Assembly (NCBI GenBank): GCA_964568755.1
Contig: CAZMRX010000003.1
Span: 1 to 44,758 of the forward strand
Length of the DNA: 44,758 bases
DNA from: an uncultured Acidobacteriota bacterium
GTDB lineage: Bacteria > Acidobacteriota > Vicinamibacteria > Fen-336
Reading direction: 5' to 3'
Under the pieces are notes generated by a model that was not told the origin of the DNA, did no database searches, and saw only the letters and a list, made by a program, of their open reading frames with translations. Positions 23,992 to 32,592 of this stretch are shown here, piece after piece. Position 1 is the first letter of the stretch, and the number at the start of each line of letters is the position of its first letter. The position numbers and the translations under genes were made by a program.

Positions 23992-25998
23992 CTACACGGC
24001 CGCCAGGCCCGCGCCCACGCGCTGGGAGGCGCCGCTGGCCTTGCCGGCCGACTTGCCCGACCCCCGCCCGCGGCCCCCGCCCACGAGCCCCTGAGGGCCC
24101 TTCCCACCCGCGACCTTGAACGGGCCCGCGGGGACCTTGCCGGGCTTCGCCGATGGGCTGGTGGCGCCCGTGCGCGGGTTCTGGAGCCCGGGGCCGGCGA
24201 GCACCATGTCCTGATTTGGGCCCTCCTGCGTCGCGCGCTGCCAGTCCACGATCGTCTCGAGCGCGGGGGCGGCGAAAGCCTCGGCCGCGGCGCGGAAGTG
24301 GCTCTGCCAGCGGACCCACGGGAAGACCGGGATCATCGGCAGGTACGTGCTGAGGAACTGGCTCGCGGCCATGAACTGCTCGCGCATCTCGGCTTCGTTC
24401 GGGCGCCGCGTCGAGAAGGGCTCGACGGTGACCTCGAGCGCGTTGAAGGGCGGGCTGTTCGGGTTCGAGCCGGCACCGCCCCGGAAGGACAGGGACGGCT
24501 GGATGTCGATCACGCGCCCATCGGAAAGGCTCACGCGCTGCGGAGGGATCCCCATCTCCTCAGCGCCCTCGGCCCCCATCGGCCAGACCGAGCGGTTGTC
24601 CATGAACATGAACCAGAGCGCCTTCGTGAGGAGCTCGGCGTGCCCCTCGTCGGCCTTCTTGGCGATCCACTCGGTGCGCGTCTCCGTCGAGCGGTTGGCG
24701 AGCTGGGCCTCGAAGGCCGTCGAGCCCGTGGTCTTGCCACGCGTCGGGTCGTCCATGTGGCTGTTCCGGTTAAGCCGGTCCAGCAGGATCGTGCGGTAGG
24801 CGATCATCTGGTCGCTGATGCCGCCGACCTCCACCTCCATCAGGTTCTCGCGCTTGAAGCCCTTGACTGGGATCACCCCGTGGTGCTGCCCGTCGCGCAC
24901 TAGGCGAGCGATCCGAGGGTCGCTGTTCTCGACGAACGCCATCTTCTTGTAGTCGGCCGCGCTGCGCGACATCACGCGCGTGTGCGCGTTGAGCTCAAGA
25001 ACCTGCTCCTCGATCGCTATGAGCGGCGCCAGAGACTTCGTGGAGCCAGGCACGCCGAAGCAGCCGAAGACCGTGTAGGGCCCGTCCGGCGGAACGTACG
25101 CTGGGCGCGGTGCGCGCACCCACTCATCGCTCCCGGAGCTGGACACGGTGAGGATCAGCCCGTTGAAGCCGTTGGCCCTCCACCCGCCCTCGGGCGCGGG
25201 CGTGCCGTCCATGTACTCCTCGAGCTCGGCCTCGGGAACCCACAGCTCGCGGAAGGTGACCTCATCGCGGTCCGTCGCGTAGCGCGTGTCGCGGCGCATG
25301 CGCTCGTGCGTGTCCGCGGCCGGCATCGAGCGCAGCATGTTCAGGTTCCACCCGCGCTCGGGGTGCGCGCGCGCCTCCTCGATCAGGAGCCCGCGGTCGC
25401 GCGCGAGAACGTGCCCGCGGAAGCGGATGTCGCTCCGCTGGCGCGCGAGTGCGTCGTCGAAGTACAGGTCTTGCAGCACGCGGTAGATGGCGGGCGCGTT
25501 CGGGACGCCGATCTCGTCGGGGTCGTCGGGGTTGAGCCCCTCGACCGGCTTCGCGCCTGGGATCGGCTGCTGGCTCACGTAGCCGACCGACCAGTTGAAC
25601 TGCATGTCGATCGCCACGTCCTCCGAGAAGCGCTCGTAGGAGTGATCGCGGATCCAGCGATTCAGCCCGGCCTGTAGGGCCTTGGCATCCTCGCCGAACA
25701 CGGACGCGATCTTACTCCGCACGCGCGCGCGGGGCGCGGTGTACGCGATCTTCGGAACGATGTAGGTGACCCAATCGTAGTAGTGATTCTCGAGGAAGCT
25801 CTCGCCTCCGGCGCCGGCCGCGCCGCGCCGCCGGAAGTGCCTCGAATGGAATCGCTGGACCTGGTGCTCGAAGGCGTCGAGGTGGTCGCGCGTGCTCTCG
25901 AGGGCCGCCTCGCTCTCCAGGTACGCCTTGACGGGAGTGCCGTACCACTGGTGGCGCAGCTTGCGAGCCGCGCGCGCGGTAGCGGAGCGATCAGGCAT
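23992..25998 (-). CDS. Portal protein (668 aa), putative
   Basis: Large protein two genes downstream of TerL in the same operon. The size is typical of portals, and it has a Gly/Lys-rich C-terminal tail. Position and size call. Confidence 0.65.
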   Translation of the reverse strand: MPDRSATARAARKLRHQWYGTPVKAYLESEAALESTRDHLDAFEHQVQRFHSRHFRRRGAAGAGGESFLENHYYDWVTYIVPKIAYTAPRARVRSKIASVFGEDAKALQAGLNRWIRDHSYERFSEDVAIDMQFNWSVGYVSQQPIPGAKPVEGLNPDDPDEIGVPNAPAIYRVLQDLYFDDALARQRSDIRFRGHVLARDRGLLIEEARAHPERGWNLNMLRSMPAADTHERMRRDTRYATDRDEVTFRELWVPEAELEEYMDGTPAPEGGWRANGFNGLILTVSSSGSDEWVRAPRPAYVPPDGPYTVFGCFGVPGSTKSLAPLIAIEEQVLELNAHTRVMSRSAADYKKMAFVENSDPRIARLVRDGQHHGVIPVKGFKRENLMEVEVGGISDQMIAYRTILLDRLNRNSHMDDPTRGKTTGSTAFEAQLANRSTETRTEWIAKKADEGHAELLTKALWFMFMDNRSVWPMGAEGAEEMGIPPQRVSLSDGRVIDIQPSLSFRGGAGSNPNSPPFNALEVTVEPFSTRRPNEAEMREQFMAASQFLSTYLPMIPVFPWVRWQSHFRAAAEAFAAPALETIVDWQRATQEGPNQDMVLAGPGLQNPRTGATSPSAKPGKVPAGPFKVAGGKGPQGLVGGGRGRGSGKSAGKASGASQRVGAGLAAV

Positions 25999-26494
25999 GC
26001 GCGCGCCGGAAATGCACGCGTACGCGCACGTCGGCGTCCTCGAGCTTCACGCCCCACGGGACCAGGATGGCGAGCGGCTGCGGAAAGCGCACCACGATCG
26101 GCAAGGCCAGGGCCGCGTTGGCCGCGGGCGCGAGCACCTCATAGATGCTCGTGGCGTCGTCGGCCGTGCGGATGTCGATCTTCTTGGCCGCGGCGTCCAG
26201 CTTGTCGATGACCAGCCCGTCGATGAGCGTGTACTCGTCGGACGCGAGCAGGCTCTCGGCCGCGATGGCCGTGGTCTCGCCGTAGCCGCCCAGCGGGTAG
26301 GCGATGGCCGTGCCTCCGGTGAAGGTGGCCCAGCAGGCGAGGTCGCTGGGCAAGACGATCGCGGGCGCCGCTGCGGGGTTCTCGTCACGGCCCGCGGGGT
26401 CGTAGCCCGTCAGGGTCGTGCCGAGCCCCAGCGAGATGGCGGGATCGAATGCGTCGGCGGGGATGACAACTCGGGGTTCCGGGGTTGCTTGCAT
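25991..26494 (-). CDS. Hypothetical protein (167 aa) between TerL and portal
   Basis: Start overlaps the TerL stop (ATGA), and its 3' end overlaps the portal start by 8 nt. Normal composition. Confidence 0.65.
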   Translation of the reverse strand: MQATPEPRVVIPADAFDPAISLGLGTTLTGYDPAGRDENPAAAPAIVLPSDLACWATFTGGTAIAYPLGGYGETTAIAAESLLASDEYTLIDGLVIDKLDAAAKKIDIRTADDATSIYEVLAPAANAALALPIVVRFPQPLAILVPWGVKLEDADVRVRVHFRRAHA

Positions 26495-28104
26495 CAGGCG
26501 GCCTCGTCGAAGCGGACATCACCATGGGCCAGCACTTGGCCCATGGAGCCGGCCTCGAATCTCGGCTTCTCGGTGGGGTCCGTCAAGTCCCTGCCCCAGG
26601 CGAACATCGCGGCGTACCGCATGGCGTCACAACCGTGGTCCTCGACCAGCGGATTCGACTCCTCCTTGATGGCCTGGCCGTCCTTGGACGCCTTCCAGAC
26701 GTACCCGGGAATCTCGTCCTCGGTACAGGTCGGAAGCCTCGAGGCCAGGATCTCCTGGTCCAGGTACTCCATCGCGTCCGAGCACAGGTAGAGCCGCGGG
26801 GCAAGCAGGGGTGCGGTCTCGCCCGTCTTCTCGGCGATGGCCCGCAGGGCCGCGCTCGGGTCCAGGCCCCAGCGCACCATGTCCCAGCCGGCTTCTCGCG
26901 CGTTCTGCGCCTCGATGACGATCCGCGCCGAGCTCCGGCCGCGCCACTCCATGATCCGGTCGTTGAGGGCCTCGATCAGATCCGGGCGCGCGGGGTCCGC
27001 CACGACCTGGCGCAGGCTGTAGCGGCGATCGAACTGGGCCACGTGCTCGGCCCACCACTCGAGCTGCTTCTCCTTCGCGTAGACCTCGTGGACGCGGTAC
27101 ATGCGCTCGAAGGCCCCGAGCACGCCCCACACCTGGAGCACGCCGGCCTTGCGGTGACCCCAGTCCATCGAGCCGAAGTACCAGTCCAGCTTGAGCTCCC
27201 CGCGGCGCTCGCCGTCCAGGTGGCGCAGGTGCTTGTCGGCCTTGAGCATCGCGGCCGGCGCGTCCCACTTGCGGTAGGTCATGTGTCGCGCGCGGTCGAA
27301 CTCGGGCCAGATTTGCCCCTCGCTCCCACACCACTCACCATCGAGCAGGCGCCGCTTTCGGGCCCCGGTGAGACCTCCGATCTTCATCAGGTACGCGGCC
27401 CCGATGGCGCTCGGGCGGTTGTTCGCGCGATCCCAGAAGACCGGGTTGTCGTCGTGGCGCGTGATGATGCGCGCCATCTGGAGCTGCCCCGGGCGCGGCT
27501 TCGGCACGAGTCCGCGCAGGATCTCGGGCACCTTCATCTCGCGCTTAGCTCGGCGATTCAGCCAATGCGAGATGTCGTCCGGGTTGGTGTCCGCGATGGC
27601 CTGATTCCAGGGCATGCGGAAGCTCCGGTTGCGCGTGAGGAGCCCTTCCCAATCGTCTTCCGTGATCTCGCGCGCCTCGAACACCACGATGATGTCGAAC
27701 TGGGTCGAAAAAAACCTCGACACCTTGTCCAGGCCGCCACAGACGATGTGGCTGGAGCCCGAGTAGGTGCGACCGTTGTAGGTCTTCGTCGCGTACGGGA
27801 ACGTGTAGCTGCGCCGGTTCTCGGGCGCCGCCGTGCCTGTCACGCACGGATGCTCGGGCCCGCCGGGGAGCACCTCCTGCTCCCAGGTCACCAGCACCGA
27901 TTCGGTCAGAGAGGCGCGCGTCTTGCGCACGAACAGGACGCGGATCCCGGGGTACGTCTCGCACAGGCCGAGCACGTACTGGAGAATCGAGCGCGTCTTG
28001 CCGGTGCCGACCGGGCCCTCAACGAGGACCTCGGAGTCTCGGCAATAGAAGAGCTGGGTGTGGCGCCCCGTTACTCGGAAGGGGTGAGCAACGAGGGCGC
28101 CCAC
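26494..28104 (-). CDS. terL: Terminase large subunit (536 aa)
   Basis: Walker A is EGPVGTGKT and Walker B-like is FDIIVVFEARE. The C-terminal RNaseH-like nuclease motifs are GSMDWG ... EDHGCDAMRYA. Confidence 0.9.
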   Translation of the reverse strand: MGALVAHPFRVTGRHTQLFYCRDSEVLVEGPVGTGKTRSILQYVLGLCETYPGIRVLFVRKTRASLTESVLVTWEQEVLPGGPEHPCVTGTAAPENRRSYTFPYATKTYNGRTYSGSSHIVCGGLDKVSRFFSTQFDIIVVFEAREITEDDWEGLLTRNRSFRMPWNQAIADTNPDDISHWLNRRAKREMKVPEILRGLVPKPRPGQLQMARIITRHDDNPVFWDRANNRPSAIGAAYLMKIGGLTGARKRRLLDGEWCGSEGQIWPEFDRARHMTYRKWDAPAAMLKADKHLRHLDGERRGELKLDWYFGSMDWGHRKAGVLQVWGVLGAFERMYRVHEVYAKEKQLEWWAEHVAQFDRRYSLRQVVADPARPDLIEALNDRIMEWRGRSSARIVIEAQNAREAGWDMVRWGLDPSAALRAIAEKTGETAPLLAPRLYLCSDAMEYLDQEILASRLPTCTEDEIPGYVWKASKDGQAIKEESNPLVEDHGCDAMRYAAMFAWGRDLTDPTEKPRFEAGSMGQVLAHGDVRFDEAA

Positions 28105-28119
28105 GTCAGCGTGCGCGCG

Positions 28120-28338
28120 CTACTTGCGCTCGTGGCGCGCGATCGAGGCGTTGGCCCAAAAGACCGCCTCTTCGAGCGCCGTCACGGCGAGGGACTGCTC
28201 GCGGCTCTCCGCGGTCTGCTCGATCAGGAACCGCGCGAACTCCAGCGCCTTCGAACGGATGGCCTCGTAGCGCACGGGCTGGTCCCCGAAGGGCGGATGG
28301 TAGACGAAGCGCTTTTGCAGGTCGCCAGGGGTAATCAC
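28120..28338 (-). CDS. Small two-helix protein (72 aa) immediately upstream of terL; possible Acb2/Tad1-hairpin-like nucleotide sponge
   Basis: The sequence ..FVYHPPFGDQPVRYEAIRSKALEFARFLIEQTAESREQSLAVTALEEAVFWANASIARHE fits a widespread phage helix-turn-helix-hairpin family (Y.PP..Q..Y..IR....A..I....SRE.SLA.T.LEEA..WANA.IAR). I recall this family as being annotated Acb2/Tad1 hairpin. Not verified. Confidence 0.6.
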   Translation of the reverse strand: MITPGDLQKRFVYHPPFGDQPVRYEAIRSKALEFARFLIEQTAESREQSLAVTALEEAVFWANASIARHERK

Positions 28339-28535
28339 GCGGGCTCGCTCTTTCCGGCGTTGGACGCCATCACGGTGGCCTTGTTGTTCAGGGCCGCGCG
28401 GAGAAGCATAAACACGGCCGGGGCCTGATCGTACAGCTCCTCGGCGAGCGGCTCCACGTCGAGGATCTGCATGCGGCAGAGCTGGCGCACGAGAGTCTCG
28501 GGGCGGGTCAGTCTGGTGGATTCAGCATTGGGCAT
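28335..28535 (-). CDS. Small hypothetical protein (66 aa)
   Basis: The ATG at 28535 lies inside track ORF 28335-28592. GTGA coupling to the next gene. Confidence 0.5.
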   Translation of the reverse strand: MPNAESTRLTRPETLVRQLCRMQILDVEPLAEELYDQAPAVFMLLRAALNNKATVMASNAGKSEPA

Positions 28536-28788
28536 CGGAGTGGCTTTCGGGATTGGGTCCAGGGTCGATCCGACCGGAAGCGTAGAACCCACGCTTCACC
28601 AGGCGGATGGTCTTGTTCACGGTGAGCCCTTCGAGCTCCTCTTCGTGCCAGCGGTGCAGACACGCCTCGCACACCGTCTTGTCCTCGGCGGTGCAGAAGT
28701 TCACGTCGGCGCCCTTGATCTTGCCGAAGCAGAGGTCGCAATGCAGCGGCATCGCCCCCATCTCCGGAGGGTCGAGCGCGCCGCTCAT
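28522..28788 (-). CDS. Small zinc-ribbon protein (88 aa)
   Basis: ATG 28788 overlaps the previous stop (ATGA). Cys motifs: CDLC...C...CEAC. Confidence 0.6.
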   Translation of the reverse strand: MSGALDPPEMGAMPLHCDLCFGKIKGADVNFCTAEDKTVCEACLHRWHEEELEGLTVNKTIRLVKRGFYASGRIDPGPNPESHSDAQC

Positions 28789-29018
28789 TCCTCGAAATCC
28801 TCGCCCTCGATCGGCAGCAGCATGTCGCGCGGCGGCGCGTCGCCCTCGAGCGTCCAGCCGCCGAGCGTCGCGCCGACGGCCGAGCAGCGCAGCGCGAACT
28901 CGAGCGCGTCCTCGCAGCTCTGCCGTTGCAGCACCGTCACGGGGCGCAAGGACACGCACACGTCGTAGCTGCGCGGCGGGTAGAGCGTCATGCGGTAAGG
29001 CATACCAAGAGGCTTCAC
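28785..29018 (-). CDS. Small acidic hypothetical protein (77 aa)
   Basis: GTG 29018 overlaps the previous stop (GTGA); alternative ATGs lie 15 and 27 nt downstream. High third-position G/C. Confidence 0.55.
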   Translation of the reverse strand: MKPLGMPYRMTLYPPRSYDVCVSLRPVTVLQRQSCEDALEFALRCSAVGATLGGWTLEGDAPPRDMLLPIEGEDFEE

Positions 29019-30106
29019 GTCGCGTCCACGCCGTGCTGCGGGCAGGCGCGGCGCGTCCGCAGCACGGGAGAGCCAGGGGCGGCCGGGGCCAGGTGCTCCT
29101 TGTGAGACTCGAACACGGAGCCGCAGTTGAGACAGAGGGTCGAGTCGGCGCTCGGGGCGAACTCGGTGCGCTCCTCCAGGGACAGAACCTCGAGCGCCGC
29201 CATCGAATCCTCGCGCATGGCGCCGGGAACCTCGGGGCGGGCGATCTGTTCCTGGACCAGCGCGTGCCGTGCGGCGTGGCGCCCTTCGTCGAGCTCGGCT
29301 AGCCTGCCCCGCGGGAGCATGAACGATGCCTGCCCCGCCTCGAGCTGCTGGAACATCCGCTGCGCCCTGGTGGTCTTGTAGGCGCCCACCTCGTGCATCC
29401 GGCCGTCGCGCAGGTTCCAAAGGCCAATCGAAGCCTCGAGCCCGCACAGGCATTCCCAGGAACCCTGTCCAGGGACCTTCATCCAGTCGTGCCCGCGCGC
29501 GTCGATCGGCATCCCCTGGCACGGGGCGCGCCCCTTGAACTTGCTCCGCTTCTTCCACAGCTTCTCGGCCGCGCGCAGCTCGCGCCAGCGCGCCAGATCC
29601 TCCTCCGAGCTGATGTCCGCGGGGATGATCTCGCCGAGGTACTCGTCCATCCGCGGAACGAAGGAGCCGCGTTCGATCGGCGTCAGGGCCTCGCCGGGGC
29701 CGGGGGCCTCGCCGTGCGGGGTCTTCATGTCCTCGGGCACGGGGAGGTCGGCCTCGAGCGCGCGCAGCACGAGCTCGTCGCGCTGATCGTTCGAGGGGTG
29801 CGGCGGCGGCTGGGTCGGGTTGGAGACAAGCGACTCCCCCTGCGGAGCTCCCATCCCCTCCGACGCCAGCCGCCGCTGCTCTGCTGCGCGCTCGAGGGCC
29901 TTCCGGTAGGTCAGGCCGCGCTCGCCGCGCTCGTTCTTGTCGGCACGTGTGAACCTGTCGAGCGCCCAGTTGATCTGCCGCCGCTGGAGGCGCGTCTCGA
30001 GCGCCTCACGCTTCTCCCGGATCCTCTCCTGCTGGTCCCTCTCGGCCTTCGTGGGAAGGCCGGTGACCTTCGACAGTAGCTCCAAGGCTTTGCTCTTGAG
30101 CGTCAT
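29015..30106 (-). CDS. Hypothetical protein (363 aa)
   Basis: ATG ORF with consistently G/C third positions. It has a coiled-coil N-terminus and a Cys/His-containing C-terminal half (..CLCG.., ..CLNCG..H..H.., ..CPQH). Confidence 0.7.
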   Translation of the reverse strand: MTLKSKALELLSKVTGLPTKAERDQQERIREKREALETRLQRRQINWALDRFTRADKNERGERGLTYRKALERAAEQRRLASEGMGAPQGESLVSNPTQPPPHPSNDQRDELVLRALEADLPVPEDMKTPHGEAPGPGEALTPIERGSFVPRMDEYLGEIIPADISSEEDLARWRELRAAEKLWKKRSKFKGRAPCQGMPIDARGHDWMKVPGQGSWECLCGLEASIGLWNLRDGRMHEVGAYKTTRAQRMFQQLEAGQASFMLPRGRLAELDEGRHAARHALVQEQIARPEVPGAMREDSMAALEVLSLEERTEFAPSADSTLCLNCGSVFESHKEHLAPAAPGSPVLRTRRACPQHGVDAT

Positions 30107-30605
30107 GTGGCTTCTCGCTGAGGTTTCCGCCCACGAAGAGGAAGGGGTTGTCCCCCTCCACGATGAAGCGGGTTACGTGCTTGTCGGGATCGTCGAGCGA
30201 GGCGTCGCGCGAGGATGCCCAGCGCTCGGGGAAGCGCCGCTGGAGGAAGTCGGCCGCGGCCTTCCAGTCGAACTTGTTGATGGTCGTGCGCTTCGTGACG
30301 GCCGAAGGCTCGCCTTCCTTGCCGGGCGTGAACTCCTCCTCGACCTTCTGCTCCGTCCATCCGACGATGGCCTGATGGATGCACTTCACGGCCACGCGCT
30401 CGATCAGCGCCTCGGCCGCCGCGACCTCATCGAAGAAGACGCCGAACTTGCCCTCGGGCTCTTCGTGCGCGCGCGCCTGCCAGTCCGTGAACGTGCGCCC
30501 AGCGACTCCCACGATCGACGCTGCGCTGCGGGCCGGCAGGCCGTCCGCGACCAGCGCCAGGATCCGCGCGCGCTTGTCGATGTCGTCGATGACCGTTGCG
30601 CTCAC
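30006..30605 (-). CDS. Terminase small subunit-like HTH protein (199 aa), tentative
   Basis: The N-terminal HTH (ILALVADGLPARSAASIVGVAGRTFTDW) plus ..DWKAAADFLQRRFPERW resembles motifs I associate with phage TerS proteins. The last ~100 nt overlap the next gene and lose codon bias there. The gene is not adjacent to terL. Confidence 0.4.
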   Translation of the reverse strand: MSATVIDDIDKRARILALVADGLPARSAASIVGVAGRTFTDWQARAHEEPEGKFGVFFDEVAAAEALIERVAVKCIHQAIVGWTEQKVEEEFTPGKEGEPSAVTKRTTINKFDWKAAADFLQRRFPERWASSRDASLDDPDKHVTRFIVEGDNPFLFVGGNLSEKPHDAQEQSLGATVEGHRPSHEGREGPAGEDPGEA

Positions 30606-31093
30606 ACGATCCTCGTCGCCCCGATCGGGGCCATGGTGGCGTCGTGGCGGGCGTGCATCTCGCCCCAGGTCGTCACGAAGGCGTACTCGAGGCGGTAGGT
30701 GTGGCCGCCCTTGGGGTTGAACGGTCGCACGTAGGCGTCCATCCCGTCCCCCACGCGCACGTTGTTCCCCAGGCGCCGGAGGAAGTGCAGGAAGTTGTAG
30801 CCGACGGACGGCGCCGGAAGGGGCCAGAAGCCATCGAGGCGGACGGTGTCCGAGATGACCAGCGGGGTGCCGGGCACGGCGCCGTTCGTGTTCTCGGTCG
30901 CTGGGTTCACGGCGTCCAGGGCGTAGACCGCACGGGCCCGCAGCACCTCGTCGAGCTCGTCGAGGTCGTAGACGCGCAACTGCCACTTGGTGACATCGGC
31001 CTTGACCAGCGCCACGCCGTTGGGCGCGCGCAGGAGGATCGCCGTACCGATGTCAGCGCCCTCCGCAACCGTGCTCGAGACGAAGGCTTCCAT
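30602..31093 (-). CDS. Hypothetical protein (163 aa)
   Basis: ATG 31093 with AGGAG 5 nt upstream. This is an internal start of track ORF 30602-31150. Confidence 0.65.
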   Translation of the reverse strand: MEAFVSSTVAEGADIGTAILLRAPNGVALVKADVTKWQLRVYDLDELDEVLRARAVYALDAVNPATENTNGAVPGTPLVISDTVRLDGFWPLPAPSVGYNFLHFLRRLGNNVRVGDGMDAYVRPFNPKGGHTYRLEYAFVTTWGEMHARHDATMAPIGATRIV

Positions 31094-31106
31094 GGTGCTC
31101 CTGAGG

Positions 31107-31979
31107 CTACGCGCCCTCGCTCTGCGCGTCCACGGCGGCGGCGGGCGCATCGGAAGATGGGGCCTCGGTGGCCGCGGAGGGCCGCGCGGCTGCCCCCTCG
31201 AGCGCGCCGTCCGCCGCAGCGAGTGCGAGGCTCGGGCGCGGAGCGCCGCCCTGCTGCGGCACGCCGGGCGGCGCGGCCTGCGCGCGCGCCAGGGCCGGGA
31301 GGATGAGCTGCGGAGGCACGCCGCACGCGGCGCCCCGGGCGCGCGCCAGCGCGTCGAGCGCGGCCAGCGTCGGCGATGAGCCCTGGACGACCGGGCGAGC
31401 GAGCACGGGTGCTATGGCGCTCTCGCGCGGGAGTGGAAGGGCGGGCACCGGGAGCAGGATCGGCGTGTCGAGCACCTGATCGCACCGCACCGCGACGTTG
31501 CGGTTGGCCGCCGCCGCCGCCTTCTTGAAGCCGAAGACGACGTAGATGGAATCGGTGGGGTCGCCGAGGTGTGAGATGCCTGGGATCGTGACCGCGTACA
31601 CGGTCTCCGGGGTGAGCAGCTGCGAGCCCACGGCGCTGGCGATGGTCACGATCGAGGTGCAAAGCGCGTCCACGCGGCAGACGTACACGCTGGTCCAGCT
31701 CATGCCGCTCTGCGTGCCCGTGATGACGTGCAGGCGGATGGTCCAGTCGCCAGCGGCCCAAAACGCCACGCCTGGCTCGCCGAGGATCGTCTGCGCGCAG
31801 AACAGGGTGCGCTCGATCGGAAATCCGCTGTACCCCCCAACCACGTCCTTGGGGCCGCCCGGCGCCGCCATCTGCATCGAGCAGTTGACGTTGACGCTGC
31901 CCAGGGGAAGACCGCTGCACGCGGAGATGTTGCCGCACGGGGCCGCGCCGAGCTCCTGCGTGGGCAGGTAGAGCGCCAT
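31107..31979 (-). CDS. Hypothetical protein (290 aa) with a Cys-containing beta-rich N-domain and an Ala/Pro-rich tail
   Basis: ATG 31979 overlaps the zinc-finger gene stop (TGATG). The first 10 codons (MALYLPTQEL) lie inside repeat copy 1. Confidence 0.65.
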   Translation of the reverse strand: MALYLPTQELGAAPCGNISACSGLPLGSVNVNCSMQMAAPGGPKDVVGGYSGFPIERTLFCAQTILGEPGVAFWAAGDWTIRLHVITGTQSGMSWTSVYVCRVDALCTSIVTIASAVGSQLLTPETVYAVTIPGISHLGDPTDSIYVVFGFKKAAAAANRNVAVRCDQVLDTPILLPVPALPLPRESAIAPVLARPVVQGSSPTLAALDALARARGAACGVPPQLILPALARAQAAPPGVPQQGGAPRPSLALAAADGALEGAAARPSAATEAPSSDAPAAAVDAQSEGA

Positions 31980-32164
31980 CAGCGGCCCCCGAACCTCTTG
32001 GCGTCCGGGCAGTCCGCATGGTGCGCGCCCATGTAGACCTGCGAACCGTCGCGGCGCGAGAGCGCCTCGGAGAGCGGCATCCGCTTCGTGGTGCCGTCCT
32101 TCTTCTCGATCACGACCCAGTAGATGGCCGCCCCGCACCCCGAGCAGTTGCTTTGCCGGTCGCG
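31949..32164. repeat. 216-bp perfect direct repeat, copy 1
   Basis: Identical base-for-base (checked by eye) to 33448-33663, offset 1499 bp. It spans the 3' 186 nt of the zinc-finger gene, the TGATG junction and the first 31 nt of the next gene. Confidence 0.9.
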
Positions 32165-32224
32165 CGCCAGGTCCACAGGCCAGCCGTAGTCGCGGCGGAA
32201 CTCGCGGGGCTCGTCGGGCTTCAC
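31979..32224 (-). CDS. Small zinc-finger protein (81 aa)
   Basis: GTG 32224 overlaps the previous stop (GTGA). Motif: ..NCSGCGAAIYWVVIEKKDGTTKRMPL...HHADCPDAK (CxxC ... HxxxC). Confidence 0.65.
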   Translation of the reverse strand: MKPDEPREFRRDYGWPVDLARDRQSNCSGCGAAIYWVVIEKKDGTTKRMPLSEALSRRDGSQVYMGAHHADCPDAKRFGGR

Positions 32225-32592
32225 GGCCTCGCCTCGCGCGCCTCGGACATGGCGGCGTCGATGGTTTCGCGCGAAATCGGCACGTTTCGTCGGAAGAGCG
32301 AAAGTGGGCGCGAGCTCAGGCGCCCCGAGTCGCGCCACGCGTTCTCTGCTGCCCACTCGCCTTCGAGGTAGTCGAGCCGCTGCTTGTCGGCGCGGAGTCG
32401 CTCGATCTCGGCGCGAAGCAGATCGCGCTCCGTCTCAGCAGAGCGCAGCATCGAAGCCAGCATGGCCGCGTTGCCGTGGATCGTCTTGACCGTCCGCGCG
32501 TGCTCGTCTTCGTGCGGGTCAATGGCCTTGATCCGTTGCTCGTCCTTGTCCCAGGTCAGGCGAGAGTGCCCTTCGCGCCGTTCTTCGGTCAT
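32221..32592 (-). CDS. Hypothetical coiled-coil protein (123 aa)
   Basis: ATG 32592 overlaps the previous stop (ATGA). Sequence begins MTEERREGHSRLTWDKDEQRIKAIDPH... Confidence 0.6.
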   Translation of the reverse strand: MTEERREGHSRLTWDKDEQRIKAIDPHEDEHARTVKTIHGNAAMLASMLRSAETERDLLRAEIERLRADKQRLDYLEGEWAAENAWRDSGRLSSRPLSLFRRNVPISRETIDAAMSEAREARP

